A DNA stretch of 64,000 nucleotides from Octopus vulgaris (GCA_951406725.2 OX597823.1:78616001-78680000); one strand, 5' to 3'. Shown: positions 25,960 through 41,637, counted from the first letter of the stretch. The notes: generated from the letters alone by a model not told the origin. Program-made: numbers and translations.

Positions 25960-26380
25960 TCTTTTACTCTTTTAGTCTTCTATTTGTTTCAGTCATTTGA
26001 CAGTGGCCATGCTGGAGCACCACCTTTAGTCGAGCAAATCGACCCCAGGACTTATTCTTTGTAAGCCTAGTACTTATTCTATCGGTCGCTTTTGCCGAAC
26101 CGCTAACTTACAGGGATGTAAACACACCAGCATTGGTTGTCAAGTGATGTTGGGGAGACAAACACAGACACACAAACATATACACACATACATACATACA
26201 TACATATATAAACATATATACAACAAGCTTCTTTCAGTTTCCATCTACCAAATCCACTCACAAGGCTTTGGTCGGCCCGAGGCTATAGTAGAAGACACTT
26301 ACCCAAGGTGCCACGAAGTGGGACTGAACCCGGAACCATATGGTTCGTAAGCAAGCTACTTACCACACAGCCACTCTTAT
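25960..26380 (-). mobile_element. Full-length SINE family A
   Basis: Complete head, CORE-like domain, microsatellite and tail on the minus strand. Confidence 0.9.
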
Positions 26381-26432
26381 GCCTATTTTATATTTCAAAA
26401 GGTTTCTCCTACTCTTTTCTCATTGTAAAACC

Positions 26433-26659
26433 TATTTCTTTACTACCCACAAGGGGCTAAACATAGAGAGGACAAACAAGGACAGACAAATGGATTAGGT
26501 CAATTATATTGACCCCAGTGCGTAACTGGTACTTAATTTATCGACCCCGAAAGGATGAAAGGCAAAGTCGACCTTGGCGGAATTTGAACTCAGAATGTAA
26601 TGGCAGACGAAATACGGCCACGCATTTCGCCCGGTGTGCTAACGATTCTGCCAGCTCGC
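26433..26659 (-). mobile_element. SINE family E
   Basis: Near-identical reverse complement of 30571-30801. Confidence 0.9.
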
Positions 26660-26839
26660 AGAGAGAGATGGCACCTATGTGTTGGCTTTGCATGAGGAGA
26701 TTGAATAGAAAAACATTGAGTGGCATCATGATGGGAGATGATAGTAGCTGGAGACTTATCAGGATTATAAGTGAGACATAAACCTACATCTAGGTATATA
26801 TATATTTGTGAGTGTGTGTGTGTGTGTATGTATGTGTTG

Positions 26840-27002
26840 CAACAACCAACAGTCAGAGAGTTGCCTACACCAACAGTTGGAGAGTTATTGCTACTGCTGC
26901 TAACCCCTCAGCCAGTCGTTGGTGAGTTCCCTAAACCAACAGTTGGAGGTTTGCTTACACCAATGTTTGGAAAGTTGATTACACCAACAGTTGGAGAGTA
27001 AC
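26840..27002 (+). repeat. Degenerate minisatellite (ACCAACAGTTGGAGAGTT-like units)
   Basis: About six imperfect copies. Confidence 0.7.
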
Positions 27003-27134
27003 TGCTGCTGCTGCTACCATAAGATCGAGGAGTTTGAGCGAGGCAACAGACCCTGTGTAACTGGATATTTCCCCAGTTGTTTTCACCTGAGGATGGGCCT
27101 TTGTGCCTGAAATATAAAGGATTTTGTAAAACTT

Positions 27135-27697
<563 letters not shown>

Positions 27698-27951
27698 GTA
27701 TAGTCAGAAGCTTTCTTATTGTCCTTTTCCTCACTTCTTCAGTAATACAATGTTTCAAGCAAACTACTATGCTGTTATTGTGGTTCATCTTGTCTAGAAA
27801 GCGAGGAGAGATTCAATTAAAATTCCAATTAAAATAGGTATTCATTAGGTAAATTTAAGAACAAATGAAAATTGGTAATGTCTGTTAGCAGAATCAGAGT
27901 GCATATCTATTAGTCTGAGTCACCCCGATGACAACACCTCATATTTTATAT

Positions 27952-27972
27952 ACATGTATGTATGTATGTATG

Positions 27973-28006
<34 letters not shown>

Positions 28007-28470
28007 TGTATGTATGTATGTATGTTTGTTTGTATGTATGTATGTATGTATGTATGTATTATGTATGTATGTATGTATGTATGTATGTTTGTTTGTTTGT
28101 ATGTATGTATGTATGTATGTATGTATGTATGTTTGTATGTATGCTTGTATGTATGTATGTATGTATGTTTGTATGTATGTATGTATGTATGTATGCATGT
28201 ATGTATGTATGTATGTATGTATGTTTGTATGTATGTATGTTTGTATGTATGTATGTATGTATGTATGTATGTTTGTATGTATGTTTGTATGTATGTATGT
28301 ATGTATGTATGTGTGTATGTTTGTTTGTATGTATGTATGTATATATATATGTATGTATGTGTGTGTGTGTATGTATGTATGTGTGTGTGTGTGTATGTAT
28401 GTTTGTTTGTTTGTATGTGTGTATGTATGTATGTTTGTTTGCATGTATGTGTGTATGTATGTATATATGT
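27952..28470 (+). repeat. (TATG)n tetranucleotide array
   Basis: About 500 bp, imperfect. Confidence 0.97.
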
Positions 28471-28485
28471 ATAAATATATATATA

Positions 28486-28962
<477 letters not shown>

Positions 28963-29989
28963 AAAATTTAAAAATACACAAGAGAGAGAGAGACACTATT
29001 TGTAGTTTTTGTGAGCTATTTCATGAGGTTTTGCTTCTTAAGCATGTTATGGAAGGATCCTTCTTCCACATTTGGAAGGATCCCTCTTCCACATATTATG
29101 TCTGAGCTTTTGGCCTCATTTTGCAAAAACACTAACGCCCTTCTAATATGTCACATGTCTGTACCAGTGCAGTCTTCTTTCCTCTACACAGCATTTGTTT
29201 TCATTTTTATCCAGCTATTCAGTACACCAATTTGTTTCAGTCGACTTTGCTTTTGGACAATAAATTTTTGTTATGATTTGGTCAGATGAGGAAATGCGGT
29301 ATACATGGCTTTGTTTTCCAGAACTACTATGAAGAAACCATTCATACATTGTTTTAATAGTAATGAGGTAGTATGATAGCAGTGAGTAGGAGGCAGAGGT
29401 GGAATAAAGGAAGAGAGACAGTGATAGGCAGCTACATGTTGGTTTTTGGTAAGGATATTGAATAGTGAAACAACATGAGTGGCATGATGATGGAAGCTGG
29501 AGTAATGGAAGAGGAATGAAAGAGAGAATGAGAGTGAAATATGTTAGCAAGGAGTGATAGTAGAAAACTGAAGGTTTTTAGACATTCAGCGGTTTTCAGA
29601 CAAGTGGCTTAGTCCAAATGCTTGCAAAAGAATGGACATCATTGAAGCCTCCAATCTCAGAACCAAGGTAAAGTAGTGGAGTTATACAAGGAGCTGAGTT
29701 AAGTCTGCTGCTCAAGAACATAAACCCACCTCATAAATTTCTCCATTGTCTCTCTCTGTGTCTCTATCTGTTTGTATCTCTTTCTCTCTCTCTCTCTCTC
29801 ATTTCATTGCCTGTACTGGCTTTAGTGTACTTAAGGATATGGTCAGAAACACTTGCCCAAAGTAGTCTATATTAAGATCAAACTTGAAACTATGTTTGCA
29901 AAGCAAACCTCCTATTCACAGGGTCATGCTTGTGATCACAATCTAATTTTGATTAGGCACTGTGTGTAAGACAAATGGTGTGCAACAGA

Positions 29990-30555
29990 CCATTTTTACA
30001 TTGAACACGTTATTCATAGAGCATCCATTAGAAGCTGGTTACATTCCTTGGTCAGTGGAGATTTCTCATTAATTTAGTGACACAGACTGCTAAGTGATAA
30101 CAAGCTACAGTAGTTTTTGATTGTCTTTTCTAGGATCCTGAGAGAATTCAAAGTAGTAATCCAATACTTAACATCCCTCTAATTATTTTGTCACCACTAA
30201 CTAACTGCATATAATATTCCCGATTTCATTACTGTGGAAATTTTAGCTTTGTTTGAAGTCCATCCTTAACTTCAACAGCTGGGTATTATTGCAATTCACA
30301 TTTACAGAAATGAGTCTTGTAATATGAACCCTCCTGCACAATTGGAACTTTAAGAGATTTTTCAGAAATAATTGTCATGTATTGTTGCTGAAGTTGTTTA
30401 GTTACAGATCATCCATGTTTGAGCAGATTTGTGTTCAATGGCAGCATTTTATCTGTAATCCTCCCATCTTTTTTGGGGCATTTCTAGAACTATATTATCT
30501 AACATGTTCTTTCCCTATTCACAATGATAGGATCCTATTTGAGGTAAATATGGAT
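29990..30555 (-). mobile_element. Very decayed LINE RT fragment (CR1-like)
   Basis: KAKISTVMKSG...RDVKY...LRILEKTIK resembles RT domain 1-2 region; many stops. Confidence 0.35.
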
Positions 30556-30570
30556 GGTATTTCTTGCAGA

Positions 30571-30801
30571 GACGGCGAGCTGGCAGAAATGTTAGCACGC
30601 CGGGCGAAATGCTTTGTGGTGTTTCGTCCACCGCTGCATTCTGAGTTCAAATTCCGCCGAGGTTGACTTTGCCTTTCATCCTTTCGGGGACGATTAAATA
30701 AGTACCAGTTACGCACTGGGGTCGATATAATCGACTTAATCCGTTTGTCTGTCCATGTTTGTCCTCTCTGTGTTTAGCCCTTTGTGGGTAGTAAAGAAAT
30801 A
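30571..30801 (+). mobile_element. SINE family E, full length with 15-bp TSD
   Basis: TSD GGTATTTCTTGCAGA at 30556-30570 and 30802-30816; B box GAGTTCAAATTCC; central GACTTTGCCTTTCATCCTTTCGGGG domain. Confidence 0.92.
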
Positions 30802-30891
30802 GGTATTTCTTGCAGATTGAGTGTTTATATTGAGGCTTCATATTTGCCAATCTAACATCTATTTGGCCCTGTTATATCTATTTGGATATAT

Positions 30892-31200
30892 AATGGCTTA
30901 GTGGTTATGGTATTAAGATCACGATTGTAAGGTCATGAGTGAGGTTCCTTGTGGTACATTGTGTCCTTAAGCAAGACACTTTATTTCATGTTACTTCAGT
31001 TCACTCAGCTGGCAAAAATGAGTAATATCTATTTGAAAGGGCCAGCCTTGTCACACTCTGTCACACTGAATCTCTCTGAGAACTACACTAAGGATAATTG
31101 TCTGTGGAGTGCTCAGCCACTTGCATGTTAATTTCAAGAGCAGGTTGTTCCATTGATTGGATCGACTGGAACTCTCAATATTATTAATGATGGAGTGTCA
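30892..31200 (+). mobile_element. SINE family D
   Basis: Aligns with 58483-58808. Confidence 0.8.
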
Positions 31201-31208
31201 GTTATATA

Positions 31209-31420
31209 CAGTAATCCCTTGACTATCGCAGGTGTTACGTTCCAAAACCTCCCATAGAAGTAATTGAAATCTAAAAGCATACCAATACCTATCGGCCACA
31301 GAAACCCACAACATACTGAGGAATTCACAATATGAATTTACATATATTAGCCAGAAAAATCCACGATCTACTGAATGCACGATAGGTGAACTGCTTGGGT
31401 GATATGGTGAGGGATTACTA
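31209..31420. mobile_element. Tigger/pogo-type MITE
   Basis: TA-CAGTAATCCCT ... AGGGATTACTA-TA terminal inverted repeats. Confidence 0.65.
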
Positions 31421-32254
31421 TAATGTCTCAATGATACTGAGAAAAACATGAGAATCTTTACAGGATGTTTTTTGGCTGGGTTCAGGAATTTGTTGAGTAA
31501 AGTATTTTATTTGTTTGGCAAAAAATACAAGCTTATAACATATTTATCAATTTATAATGTGATAAAGGACTTAGAAATAATACATTTCTAAATCTCTCAG
31601 AGATTTATGCAGTAACAGTACGATAAAGTGATAGTATGTTGTCAACTTAATGTGACAGTCCCATGAAAGGGAAGAATGCTACTGTTATTTAGCCCTAGGA
31701 AACACCGTTTCCTTTGGATTTGACACATTTCCTGTGTCCTTATGTTGATAAAGAACTTATTGCATCCAACAATCATCAGAAAAGAAAGCTAAAAGTGCAG
31801 GAACTTTTAGAATAATGCAGAGAAAGTGGACAGTGAATGAGTGATTTAAAAAGAAAAGGTAGGGGTGAGGGACATCAGGTGTACTTTTGGGGAATTTCAG
31901 GAAGCATATGGAAGTTTTGAAGAATGTAGAGGCCTAACAGCTAATAGAAGTTAACTTGTAGTTCTGACTGTATTTTTCTATGGAACCTATTTGTAGTCAG
32001 TTGAACAAGTCTGTTCAGATTTTAAGTTTCTTTCCCCATAATAATGTGTAGTGTTGATGATGAGATGACAGATAGTGGTGTTGTGGTGTTGGTTGTTAGT
32101 ATTAGCCCCTTTTCAAGGTGGAAGACAATGAAGGGGCCTTTCTTTGCTTGTTCTCCATGGTCCCTTTATTTGTCTGTTCAATCACTGCTCACCTAAGGTT
32201 AAACAACAGCAACAACAACTGCAGCAACACCACCAACAACAACAGCAACAGCAG

Positions 32255-32575
32255 TGGAGGCGCAATGGCCCAATAGTTAGGGCAGCGGACTCGTGGTCGG
32301 AGGATCGCGGTTTTGATTCCCAGACTGGGCATTGCATGTGTTTATTGAGCGAAAACACCTAAAGCTCCATGAGGCTCTGGCAGGGGGGGGGGCGACCCCT
32401 GTTGTACTCTTTCGCCCCACTTGTCCCCAACTTCCTACACAACCGCTGAGCCTGGATGCTCATTCATCCATCCGTCGATGCTCTCGGTGTCAGGGGTTGA
32501 CCTGCTTTCTCTTCTGTGGGTCTTACGAATAGCAAAGGACCACATTTCAGATTTCTCCCATCTTGCGAGCAACAG
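32255..32575 (+). mobile_element. SINE family B, full tRNA head
   Basis: A box TGGCCCAATAGTT and B box GGTTTTGATTCCC; the same head is found reversed at 41528-41600. Confidence 0.75.
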
Positions 32576-32814
32576 CAACAGCATCGACCACAACAATAGG
32601 AACAATAATGACTTCAAATTTTGATACAAAGCCAGTACTTTCAGGAGGAATAAGTCAATTACATCTATCCCCAGTGTTTCACTGGTACTTAATTTGGTGA
32701 CCCCGAAAGGATGAAAAGCAGTCAACTTTGAGGAAATTTGAACTCATAAAATAAAAACGGAAAAAATACCACTAAGCATGATTCTGTCACCTTTCCACCT
32801 TAATGATGATGATG

Positions 32815-32856
<42 letters not shown>

Positions 32857-33039
32857 TAAGGAGGAGAAGAAGAAGAATCTTTTCTACTGAAGACACAAGA
32901 CCTGGAATTTGGGGGAGAGTGGTGTAGTTGATTACATCAACCCCAAAAGGATGAAAGGCAAAGTTGACCTTGGCAGAATTTGAACTCAGAATGTAGTGGC
33001 AGACAAAATGATAATAATAATAATAATAGTAATAATATA

Positions 33040-33558
33040 CCCTGATGCAGTACCAGGCAGTGGCTCTCATGGCTTCTGATCTTCATTGATCAGAAGTGCT
33101 ATCATGTATATTGTTTTTTCTTGGTATAAAAGATAGGCTACAGCAAATATTCTTCTCAATACCACAGATTTGCCTGTCAGTTGCTTGACCATAACCATTT
33201 GAGCACGTCCCTTAATGGTTGACAATATGTGTGCCTCTGATCATGAGCAGAAGTAGTGGGGGAGCATCATAGCCATGTGTTGAGAGGAATTCTTCGGGGT
33301 TTGGATAATCCATCTCTGGAAAAACCGGTGTTTTGTCCAACATGCTTAAACAACCCTTTTGAGTGGGATGGGCTATTTGATCTAAAGAAAATTCTAACTG
33401 AGCCCCACCTGCTAAGTCATATGCTGTTTATATGCACTGTTTATATGATGCATGTACTTGGTGTACCCTTATCTGACAGGTAGTGATGATGGGTATATTA
33501 GGCTTCGTATATTTTACCCCAGTGTCACTTTAATGGCATGCACTGCTCTCACACTCAA
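33040..33558 (+). mobile_element. Interspersed repeat family F with (TAA)n tail
   Basis: Three copies in the window; bounded by TAA repeats. Confidence 0.7.
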
Positions 33559-33595
33559 TAATAATAATAATAATGATAATAATAATATTATAATA

Positions 33596-34200
33596 ATATA
33601 AAGACCTTGAAATAGAAAAGGCATAGGAGTGGTTGTGTGTTAAGTAGCTTGCTTACGAACCACATGGTTCCGGGTTCAGTCTCACTGTGTGGCACCTCGG
33701 GCAAGTGTCTTCTACTAAAGCCTTGAGCTGACCAAAGCCTTGTAAGTGGATTTGGTAGACAGAAACTGAAAGAAGCCCATTGTATATATGTATATCTGTA
33801 TGTGTGTGTATATGTTGGTGTGTCTGTGTTTATCTCCCCAACATCGCTTCACAACCGATGCTGGTGTGTTTATGCCCCCATAACTTAGCGGTTTGGCAAA
33901 AGAGACTGATAGAATAAGTACTAGGCTTACAAAGAATAAGTCCCGGGGTCGATTTGCTCGACTAAAGGTGGTGCTCCAGCATGGCCACAGTCACATGACT
34001 GAAACGAGTAAAAGAGTAAAAGAGTAAAATGTGGAAACACAAGACTAAAACAACATCTGTTGCTATAGGTGCCCTAGGAATGATAACAAAAGGGACTGAT
34101 TTGCAGCTATCTCAGATATCAGGAAATTCAAAAATGGAAGAAATTCAAAAGATAGTGCTCATGGGAACTGCTCGTATCTTATGAAGAATATTGTGTGTAA
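33596..34200 (+). mobile_element. R4/Dong-like LINE 3' end interrupted by a family A SINE (33621-34028)
   Basis: YKDLEIE [SINE] MWKHKTKTTSVAIGALGMI...IQKIVLMGTARIL; starts in a (TAA)n array. Confidence 0.78.
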
Positions 34201-34432
34201 TTCCAGAAACACTTAAATCTGTAAACATTATCAAAAGTACTTTTAAATGTACTTCATAGCAAACATCTTTTACTGTCATCTTAAGATCTCACAATTATCT
34301 TAACATCAAATCCCTTTTGAAACAACTGATTTTCTTATGTTTTGACAAACATTCTCTGGAACAATATTCTGTGCCAAACCAAAAATATGGCACCCTAGTC
34401 ATAACACCAGCTTCTAACTTGTTGTCTCTTAA

Positions 34433-34655
34433 CCCTTTCGTTACCAACCTGGCTGAAACCGGCTCTGTTTCTGAGAACAAGTGTCTTGTTTTCATAAGTT
34501 TTGAATTAAAATCTTCCACCAAACCTTAGTCAGAATTTGTGTTCCTAACACTAGGCTGAATGAAAATTAAATTATTTTTACCAAATTTTTTTGTTGTATT
34601 TAAAGTAAATTAAAGAAAAACAGAGCATCTCAAAATAAATACAGTAACGAAAGGG
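34433..34655. mobile_element. TTAA/piggyBac-like MITE
   Basis: TTAA flanks; perfect 12-bp TIR CCCTTTCGTTAC / GTAACGAAAGGG. Confidence 0.85.
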
Positions 34656-34969
34656 TTAAGGTTTCTGGTTAAGACTTGGAATCAATTTGTACAAATACAA
34701 AACAGAAACCAAATATTTAACAATAATATCAGCAATTTTCAGTGTTTTACGAATTGCTCACGTCAAAAGATGTGTAACAAGAGCTAGTGAGGGGAGTTGG
34801 GAAAAAATATCATACTAAGAGATGAAAATGAAAGGCATTCTTTTGATTTGAACTCATGTTCTATTAGTTCCAAGTGAAGTACTTTTATTGAGCCACACTC
34901 TCTCGGAACTCCATAATAAACTGTAGAAATTAAGGTGTCTTCTTTTATTTTACAGCCAGAATGGTCACC

Positions 34970-36202
34970 ATTTATCCTCCTCCTCCTCCCTTCCATTCTT
35001 TTCCACCTCTGCTTACCCCTCTGTTTTCCACTCCTCCTACTGTCATCTGCTCTCTGTCTCTCTCCCTTCCCCCTTCTTCTTCTTCTTCTTCTTCTTCTTC
35101 TTCTGCTTTGCCTTCTCCCCTCTACCCCTCCTTTCTTCTTCTCCCCTCCTCTCCTTCTCCTTGCCCTTCTTCCCCTCCTCATCCCCCAACTCTTCCTCCT
35201 CACCCACCTTGTTGTTGTTGCTGTTGTTGTTGTTGTTCTTCTTCTTCTTCTTCTTCTTCTTCTTTATCTTCTTCATCCCCACCTCTTTCTCTTCCTCCAC
35301 TTCATTCACCTTCTATTCCCCTTCCCAACCATCAATGGCAACAGCATCAGTGCCACCTTCATCTCACCATCACTCTCATAACCCCCACCAATATATCATC
35401 GTTACTACCACTACCACTGCTACCCCCATCATCCCACCCCCACCACCGTCATCACCTCAGCCATTACCCTCATCCATGCCAATTTTATCACTTCTGTGAT
35501 CATGCATGCACAAGGACACTTTCTTCATAAAAGAACTATGACCACCACCACCATCACCACCATCACCACCACTACTACCTTCACCGCCATCACCACCACC
35601 ACCACCACTACCACCACCACCACTGCCATCACCATCACCACTGCTATCACCCTCACCACCACCATTACCGTCATCATCACCACCACCACTACCACCTTCA
35701 TCACCACCACCACCACCACCACTACCACTGCCATCACCACCACCACCACCATTACCATCATCCTCACCGCCACTGCTACCACCTTCACCACTACCTCTAC
35801 CACTGCCATCACCACCACCACCACCACCACCACCACCATTACCAACATCACCAACACCATGCTACCACTTTCACCACCACCACCACCACCACTACCACTG
35901 CCATCACCACCACTACTACTGTCATCACCACCACCATCACCACACAACTGCCACCACCACCACCACCACCACTGCCATCACCACCACCACCACCTTCCAC
36001 CACCATCTCCATCCATCACCCATTATCATTATGGTCATCTTTATTGTCAATTCTATTGCTGTTATCACTAATACTGCTTCCATCCTAATGGTCACTACCA
36101 TGACCAGCATAGCTACCACTGCTGCTGCTACTACTACTACTACTACTACTACCACTACTGGCAACATCGCCATCACCACCACCACTAGAACTGCTACTGC
36201 CT

Positions 36203-36233
<31 letters not shown>

Positions 36234-36770
36234 AACCTTTCTCCTCCCACTATCACCCTCCTCCCACTCTCATCTTTCTCCTATTCTCACCCTCCTCTTA
36301 CTCTCACTCTCCTCTTATTCTTCCTCCCACTTCCCCTCATCTACTGCCCCTTCTCTTCTTTCCTTCCCAAATATCATCATCATTGTCATCATTATTGTTG
36401 TCATCATCACAACTACCCCCTTCACTACAACCATCAACACAATCACCACCACTACCACCACTACAACCACTGTCAACATAAAACCACCACCATCACCACC
36501 ACTTCATGACTACTGCCACTACTAACCATACCATCATCATTACCACTGCATTTTATGTCATCACCAACACCAAACACCACCACTACCAACATCACCATCA
36601 TCATCATCATCACTACTGCTTATGCCTTCATAGTTATCACCAACATCATCAAAGATGCCACAACCCCCCCCCCATCAGCATTTTCCTTATCATACCTTGC
36701 TGTCGACATCCCTTCCCCATAAAAACTACTACCACCAACCATCACCACCACCACCACCACCAATACCATT
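34970..36770 (+). repeat. Compound trinucleotide low-complexity region (CTT, ACC, ACT, CAT)
   Basis: Direct reading. Confidence 0.9.
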
Positions 36771-36771
36771 A

Positions 36772-37568
36772 ACTTCACCACCACTACCACCAATACCATC
36801 AACACTATCACCACGACCACTATGATCTTCACTACCACCACCACCACCACCACCAATACCATCAACACTATCACCAAGACCACTATGATCTTCACTACCA
36901 CCACCACCACCACCACCACCAATACCATCAACACTATCACCACGACCACTATGATCTTCACTACCACCACCACCACCAATACCATCAACACTATCACCAC
37001 GACCACTATGATCTTCACTACCACCACCACTACCACCAATACCATCAATAGTATCACCACGACCACTATGATCTTCACTACCACCACCACCACCAACAAT
37101 AACATTAACACTATCACCACGACCACTATGATCTTCACTACCACCACCACCACCACCACCAATACCATCAACACTATCACCACGACCACTATGATCTTCA
37201 CTACCACCACCACCAATACCATCAACACTATCACCACGACCACTATGATCTTCACTACCACCACCACCACCACCAATACCATCAACACTATCACCACAAC
37301 CTCTATGATCTTCACTACCATCACCACCACCAATACCATCAACACTATCACCACGACCACTATGATCTTCACTGCCACCACCACCACCACCAATACCATC
37401 AACACTATCACCACGACCACTATGATCTTCACTACCACCACCACCACCACCACCAATACCATCAACACTAGCACCACGACCACTATGATCTTCACTACCA
37501 CCACCACCAATACCATCAACACTATCACCACGACCACTATGATCTTCACTACCACCACCACCACCACC
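36772..37568 (+). repeat. Minisatellite, 13-14 units of 54-66 bp
   Basis: Unit ATGATCTTCACT-(ACC)n-AATACCATCAACACTATCACCACGACCACT. Confidence 0.95.
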
Positions 37569-38244
37569 TCTATCCCCACCACCACTGCCACCATCACTGC
37601 CACCACCACTACCACCACAATTACCACCTTTACTGCCCTCAATTTCACCATCACCATCACCATGATTTTTCTACCACCACTGCCACCACCACTACCACCA
37701 CCACTACCACCACCATTACCACTTCTACTGCCTTCACCTTTACCATCACTGCCACCATCAGAATGATTTTTACTAACACCACCACCACCACCACCACCGC
37801 CACTATCACTCCCATTTCTCTCACCATCATCACCACCACCACCACCACCACCACCATAGTCAATATCATTTCAATTAGCATTTGGAATGACGAAGCGAAA
37901 CGATCGAATATCAAATCATAAGGAAGACATCGAAGTTTCAGAGTAAAGAAGAGTTAAAGAAAGTGAAAAAATTAAGAAGGAAAATGTATGAAATGGTTAA
38001 AATGTGAAATGAAAACAATTGAGGCATAAAATTTGAAATAGTGAAATGGTGAAGCTATGACAAAAATAGTTGGAAAGGTAATAATGATGACCTAGTAAAG
38101 AAAATACTGAAAATTATATTGGATTAGTCAATCTGCCAACACTCGTAGTTTCTCTTAATGTTATAAAGACTGAAATATTTCAACACGAACATATTTATCA
38201 GAATGAAATTAGGCATTAGCCAGACAATAAAGAAAATGATGATG

Positions 38245-38301
<57 letters not shown>

Positions 38302-39242
38302 GTGGTGGTGATGATGGTGGTGGTGATGATGATGATGATGAGGAGGAGGAGGAGGAGGAGGAGGATAATGATGATAATGATCATTATTATTATTGACTAT
38401 TATTATTATTTTTATTATTATTATTATTGAAGTGATGATGATGGTGATCATTATCATTATTATTATAATTATTATTGACAGTGATTATTATTATTATTAT
38501 TATTGACAGTGATGCTGATCAGATGATGATGATCTTGATGATTGTAATGATAATGATATAGAGGCAAGAATATGGAAATGCTTTTAGAAGAAAACAAATA
38601 TTTATTGGTTAGTTATTATTTTTCTCATTACTGGATGGTAATCAAATAGTAGAGAAAACAGATCATAATATTACGTCACCACTTCAATAAATCTGTAAAC
38701 TATCTAAAATTCAGATAAGAGATCTTGATGAAGTGTCAACACATTGATAAATATCTACTGAAATTCCAAAAGATTATACAACCGGCTGACTGAACAGATC
38801 ACTACTGAACTTTATACCAAGATCATTCACATTCTCTTTCTATTCTATTCCTTTCCCCTTACAGTCTGTTTTAGCTCCCTTCTTAAATGTTAAGGTTAAT
38901 ATTGGTAAAAATTTCCTAGCCTTAATAAATAAAGATTTTCTTATAAACTATCAATGCAGAAAATTATTTGATAGAAATAACCATAAACTGAGTTACAGTT
39001 GATGTAGCAACAATAAGAAAGATTTAATTGCATCTTCCCCTCAGCTAAATCGAGGTTCGATGCATATGTAGAAATACAAATGCATGCTTCCTTTATAAGT
39101 CACGCAACACAGAAGTGATTATCTATGAGGTAGGAGCCATCCCCTACAAATTTAACCATAACATAGTGTGTAAACACTATGTAGATGTGATGCAAGGTAA
39201 ATTTTAACAACAATATTTCAACCAGTCTTTTCCATTAGAAGT

Positions 39243-39450
39243 ATAGCTGTAGAAATGAGTTGCAATGTCACTGGTGCCAAGTTGTATTAGTTTTTGCCTT
39301 TCCCTTGGATAACATCAGTGGCATGGGGAGGAGATACTGGTATGCATGGGCAACTGCTGGTCTTCCATAAACAACTTTACTCAGACTTGTGTCTCAGAGA
39401 GGAACTTTCTAGGTGCAGTCGCATGGTCGTTCATGACTGAAGAAGGTCTT
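39243..39450 (+). mobile_element. SINE family C 3' portion
   Basis: Matches 55548-55757. Confidence 0.75.
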
Positions 39451-40305
39451 TATAGAAAAGAAAAATATGATAAAACTATCCAGTTACATCTGGTGACTGA
39501 AAGTTATTTCTATCAATTCAAGTGGAAGACGTCTTTTGAAGGAAATGATCAAAAATGTTGTGAAGGATAATCATGACTACAAAATCTTACAAAGGGAATT
39601 ACAAATGACCACAAGTGACAAGATTCTATGCTGAAGAAGAGTCATCTACTCCATGCATGCATGAAAAAAATGGCTGTATGAATCCTGATGATGATGATGA
39701 TGAGGAGGAGGAGGAGGAGGATATTGATGACAATAATGATAAGATGGAGGAGCGGGATGAAAGAAAAGAGGAATATTTTGTCTTGGATGACTATACTGCT
39801 GATATTGAAACTGAATGTGTCCTCTTGTATGTAGACTGACTGAGTAACTTCACATACAGTTGGTCCTTTTGGATAGCATTATTGTACAATCTGTTTGTGT
39901 ATAACATTATGTCTGTTTTTGATGTAACTTGCCCACAGAAATTATTAACCAAGCGTGTTTGTTCTTCAAGAGTGTGTTAGTATAACACTATATTATTTCA
40001 GTTATGCTGTTTCTGAAAACTTTCATTCGAGTTCCACAGTTTACATATCTCCATCATATACACCATGCTCTATAGTTAATTTTGCAGTTATTCTTGTACA
40101 ACGTTCCAATAAAAAGGCAGACATTACAAAAAAATAAATCTAATAGACCTTACCTGATTCTTCCACTACTGTATACTTTGACCGTCATTTTGCATAGAAC
40201 ACTCCTAAATGTAACAACTAATTCACTTTTGAGCCTAATTTCAAGAAATATTGCAAAATATAAGACCATTGTTGTTCTATCATATATATATATATTTCGA
40301 AATAT

Positions 40306-40354
<49 letters not shown>

Positions 40355-40370
40355 TATACATATATATACA

Positions 40371-40455
<85 letters not shown>

Positions 40456-41016
40456 GCACTTCAATTTTTTTTTTCCTGTATGATCTATTACAAAATTCAT
40501 ATCGTTTATTACACATCATTACTTGTAAATTTTTCAATCTTTTCCTTGGCTTATTTCTTGCAACTAATCACATCCATTTGGCTGCAGCTGGAAAACTGCA
40601 TGTAGTGAATATATTTTGGCAGCTCATAACATTGTCATGTACATATTTCTCATTGCTCTTCTGAGACAAGCTATCAGTATAGTATTTATTGTTGCTTTCA
40701 ACATAGCTGAAACTTTATAGATTACTAGTTTAACTAGCTACAGATTTCATATAATGACAATAGAGAATCTCTTACTTTGTGTGTATACTGTTACCATATG
40801 TAAGGTGTGTGATCATAGACCTGACATACAAGATCAGATAAAACCCTTTGTTTAACACACATGCCAAAGGGATATTATATATTCATATATGTATGTATAT
40901 CATCATCATCATCATCCTCATCATCATAATTATTGTTTTAACATTCACTTTTTCATGCTGGCATGGGTCAGACAGAGTTTATTGAGGCAGATTTTGTATG
41001 GTTAGATGCCATTTCT

Positions 41017-41246
41017 TGTTTCTTTATTGTCCACAAGGGGTTAAACATAGAGGGGGCAAACAAGGACAGACAAAGGGATTAAGTTGATTAGATAGACCCC
41101 AGTGCATAACTGGTGCTTTATTTATTGACCCCGAAAGGATGTAAGGCAAAGTCGACCTCGGCGGAATTTGAACTCAGAATGTAAAGGCAGACGAAATACC
41201 ACTAAGCATTTCACCCGATGTGCTAACGTTTCTGCCAGCTCGCCAC
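41017..41246 (-). mobile_element. SINE family E inserted in an RTE 3' UTR remnant
   Basis: Imperfect TSD TAGATG(C/A)CATTTCT on both sides. Confidence 0.85.
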
Positions 41247-41606
41247 TAGATGACATTTCTGTTGCCAACCTTCACCAGCTACCAAGTAAGATGATGTGTC
41301 ACTATAGTATGTTTACATGGAAGATTAGAAATAACCACCACCACTGGCTGGAAGGCGACATTCGTTTCACAAACATTATGCAATGTCAAGACAACAACAC
41401 ACACACACACATACACACACACACACATGCACATATATTGATATACAAAAGGGCTGTTTTATTTTTGGTGTAGGAGACCCACTCACAAGCTTTTGGTTGG
41501 CTTAGGGCAATAGTAGAAGATACTTGCCCGGTCTGGGAAGCAAAACCGCGATCCTACGACCACGAGTCCACTGCCTTAACCACTGGGTCATTGCACCTCT
41601 ACATAT

Positions 41607-41637
<31 letters not shown>

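Noticed and set aside
36772-37568. Regularly spaced repeats resembling a CRISPR array
   Set aside because: The intervening parts are (ACC)n, not unique spacers; no cas genes; eukaryotic context
36620-37663. 347-aa Val-rich minus-strand ORF resembling a membrane protein
   Set aside because: Antisense reading of the minisatellite
37875-37945. CpG-containing short segment with AG...GT boundaries
   Set aside because: Weak polypyrimidine tract and donor; peptide not recognisable
39615-39839. Acidic ORF (DDDDEEEEE)
   Set aside because: Derived from the (GAT)n/(GAG)n tail of a decayed RTE end
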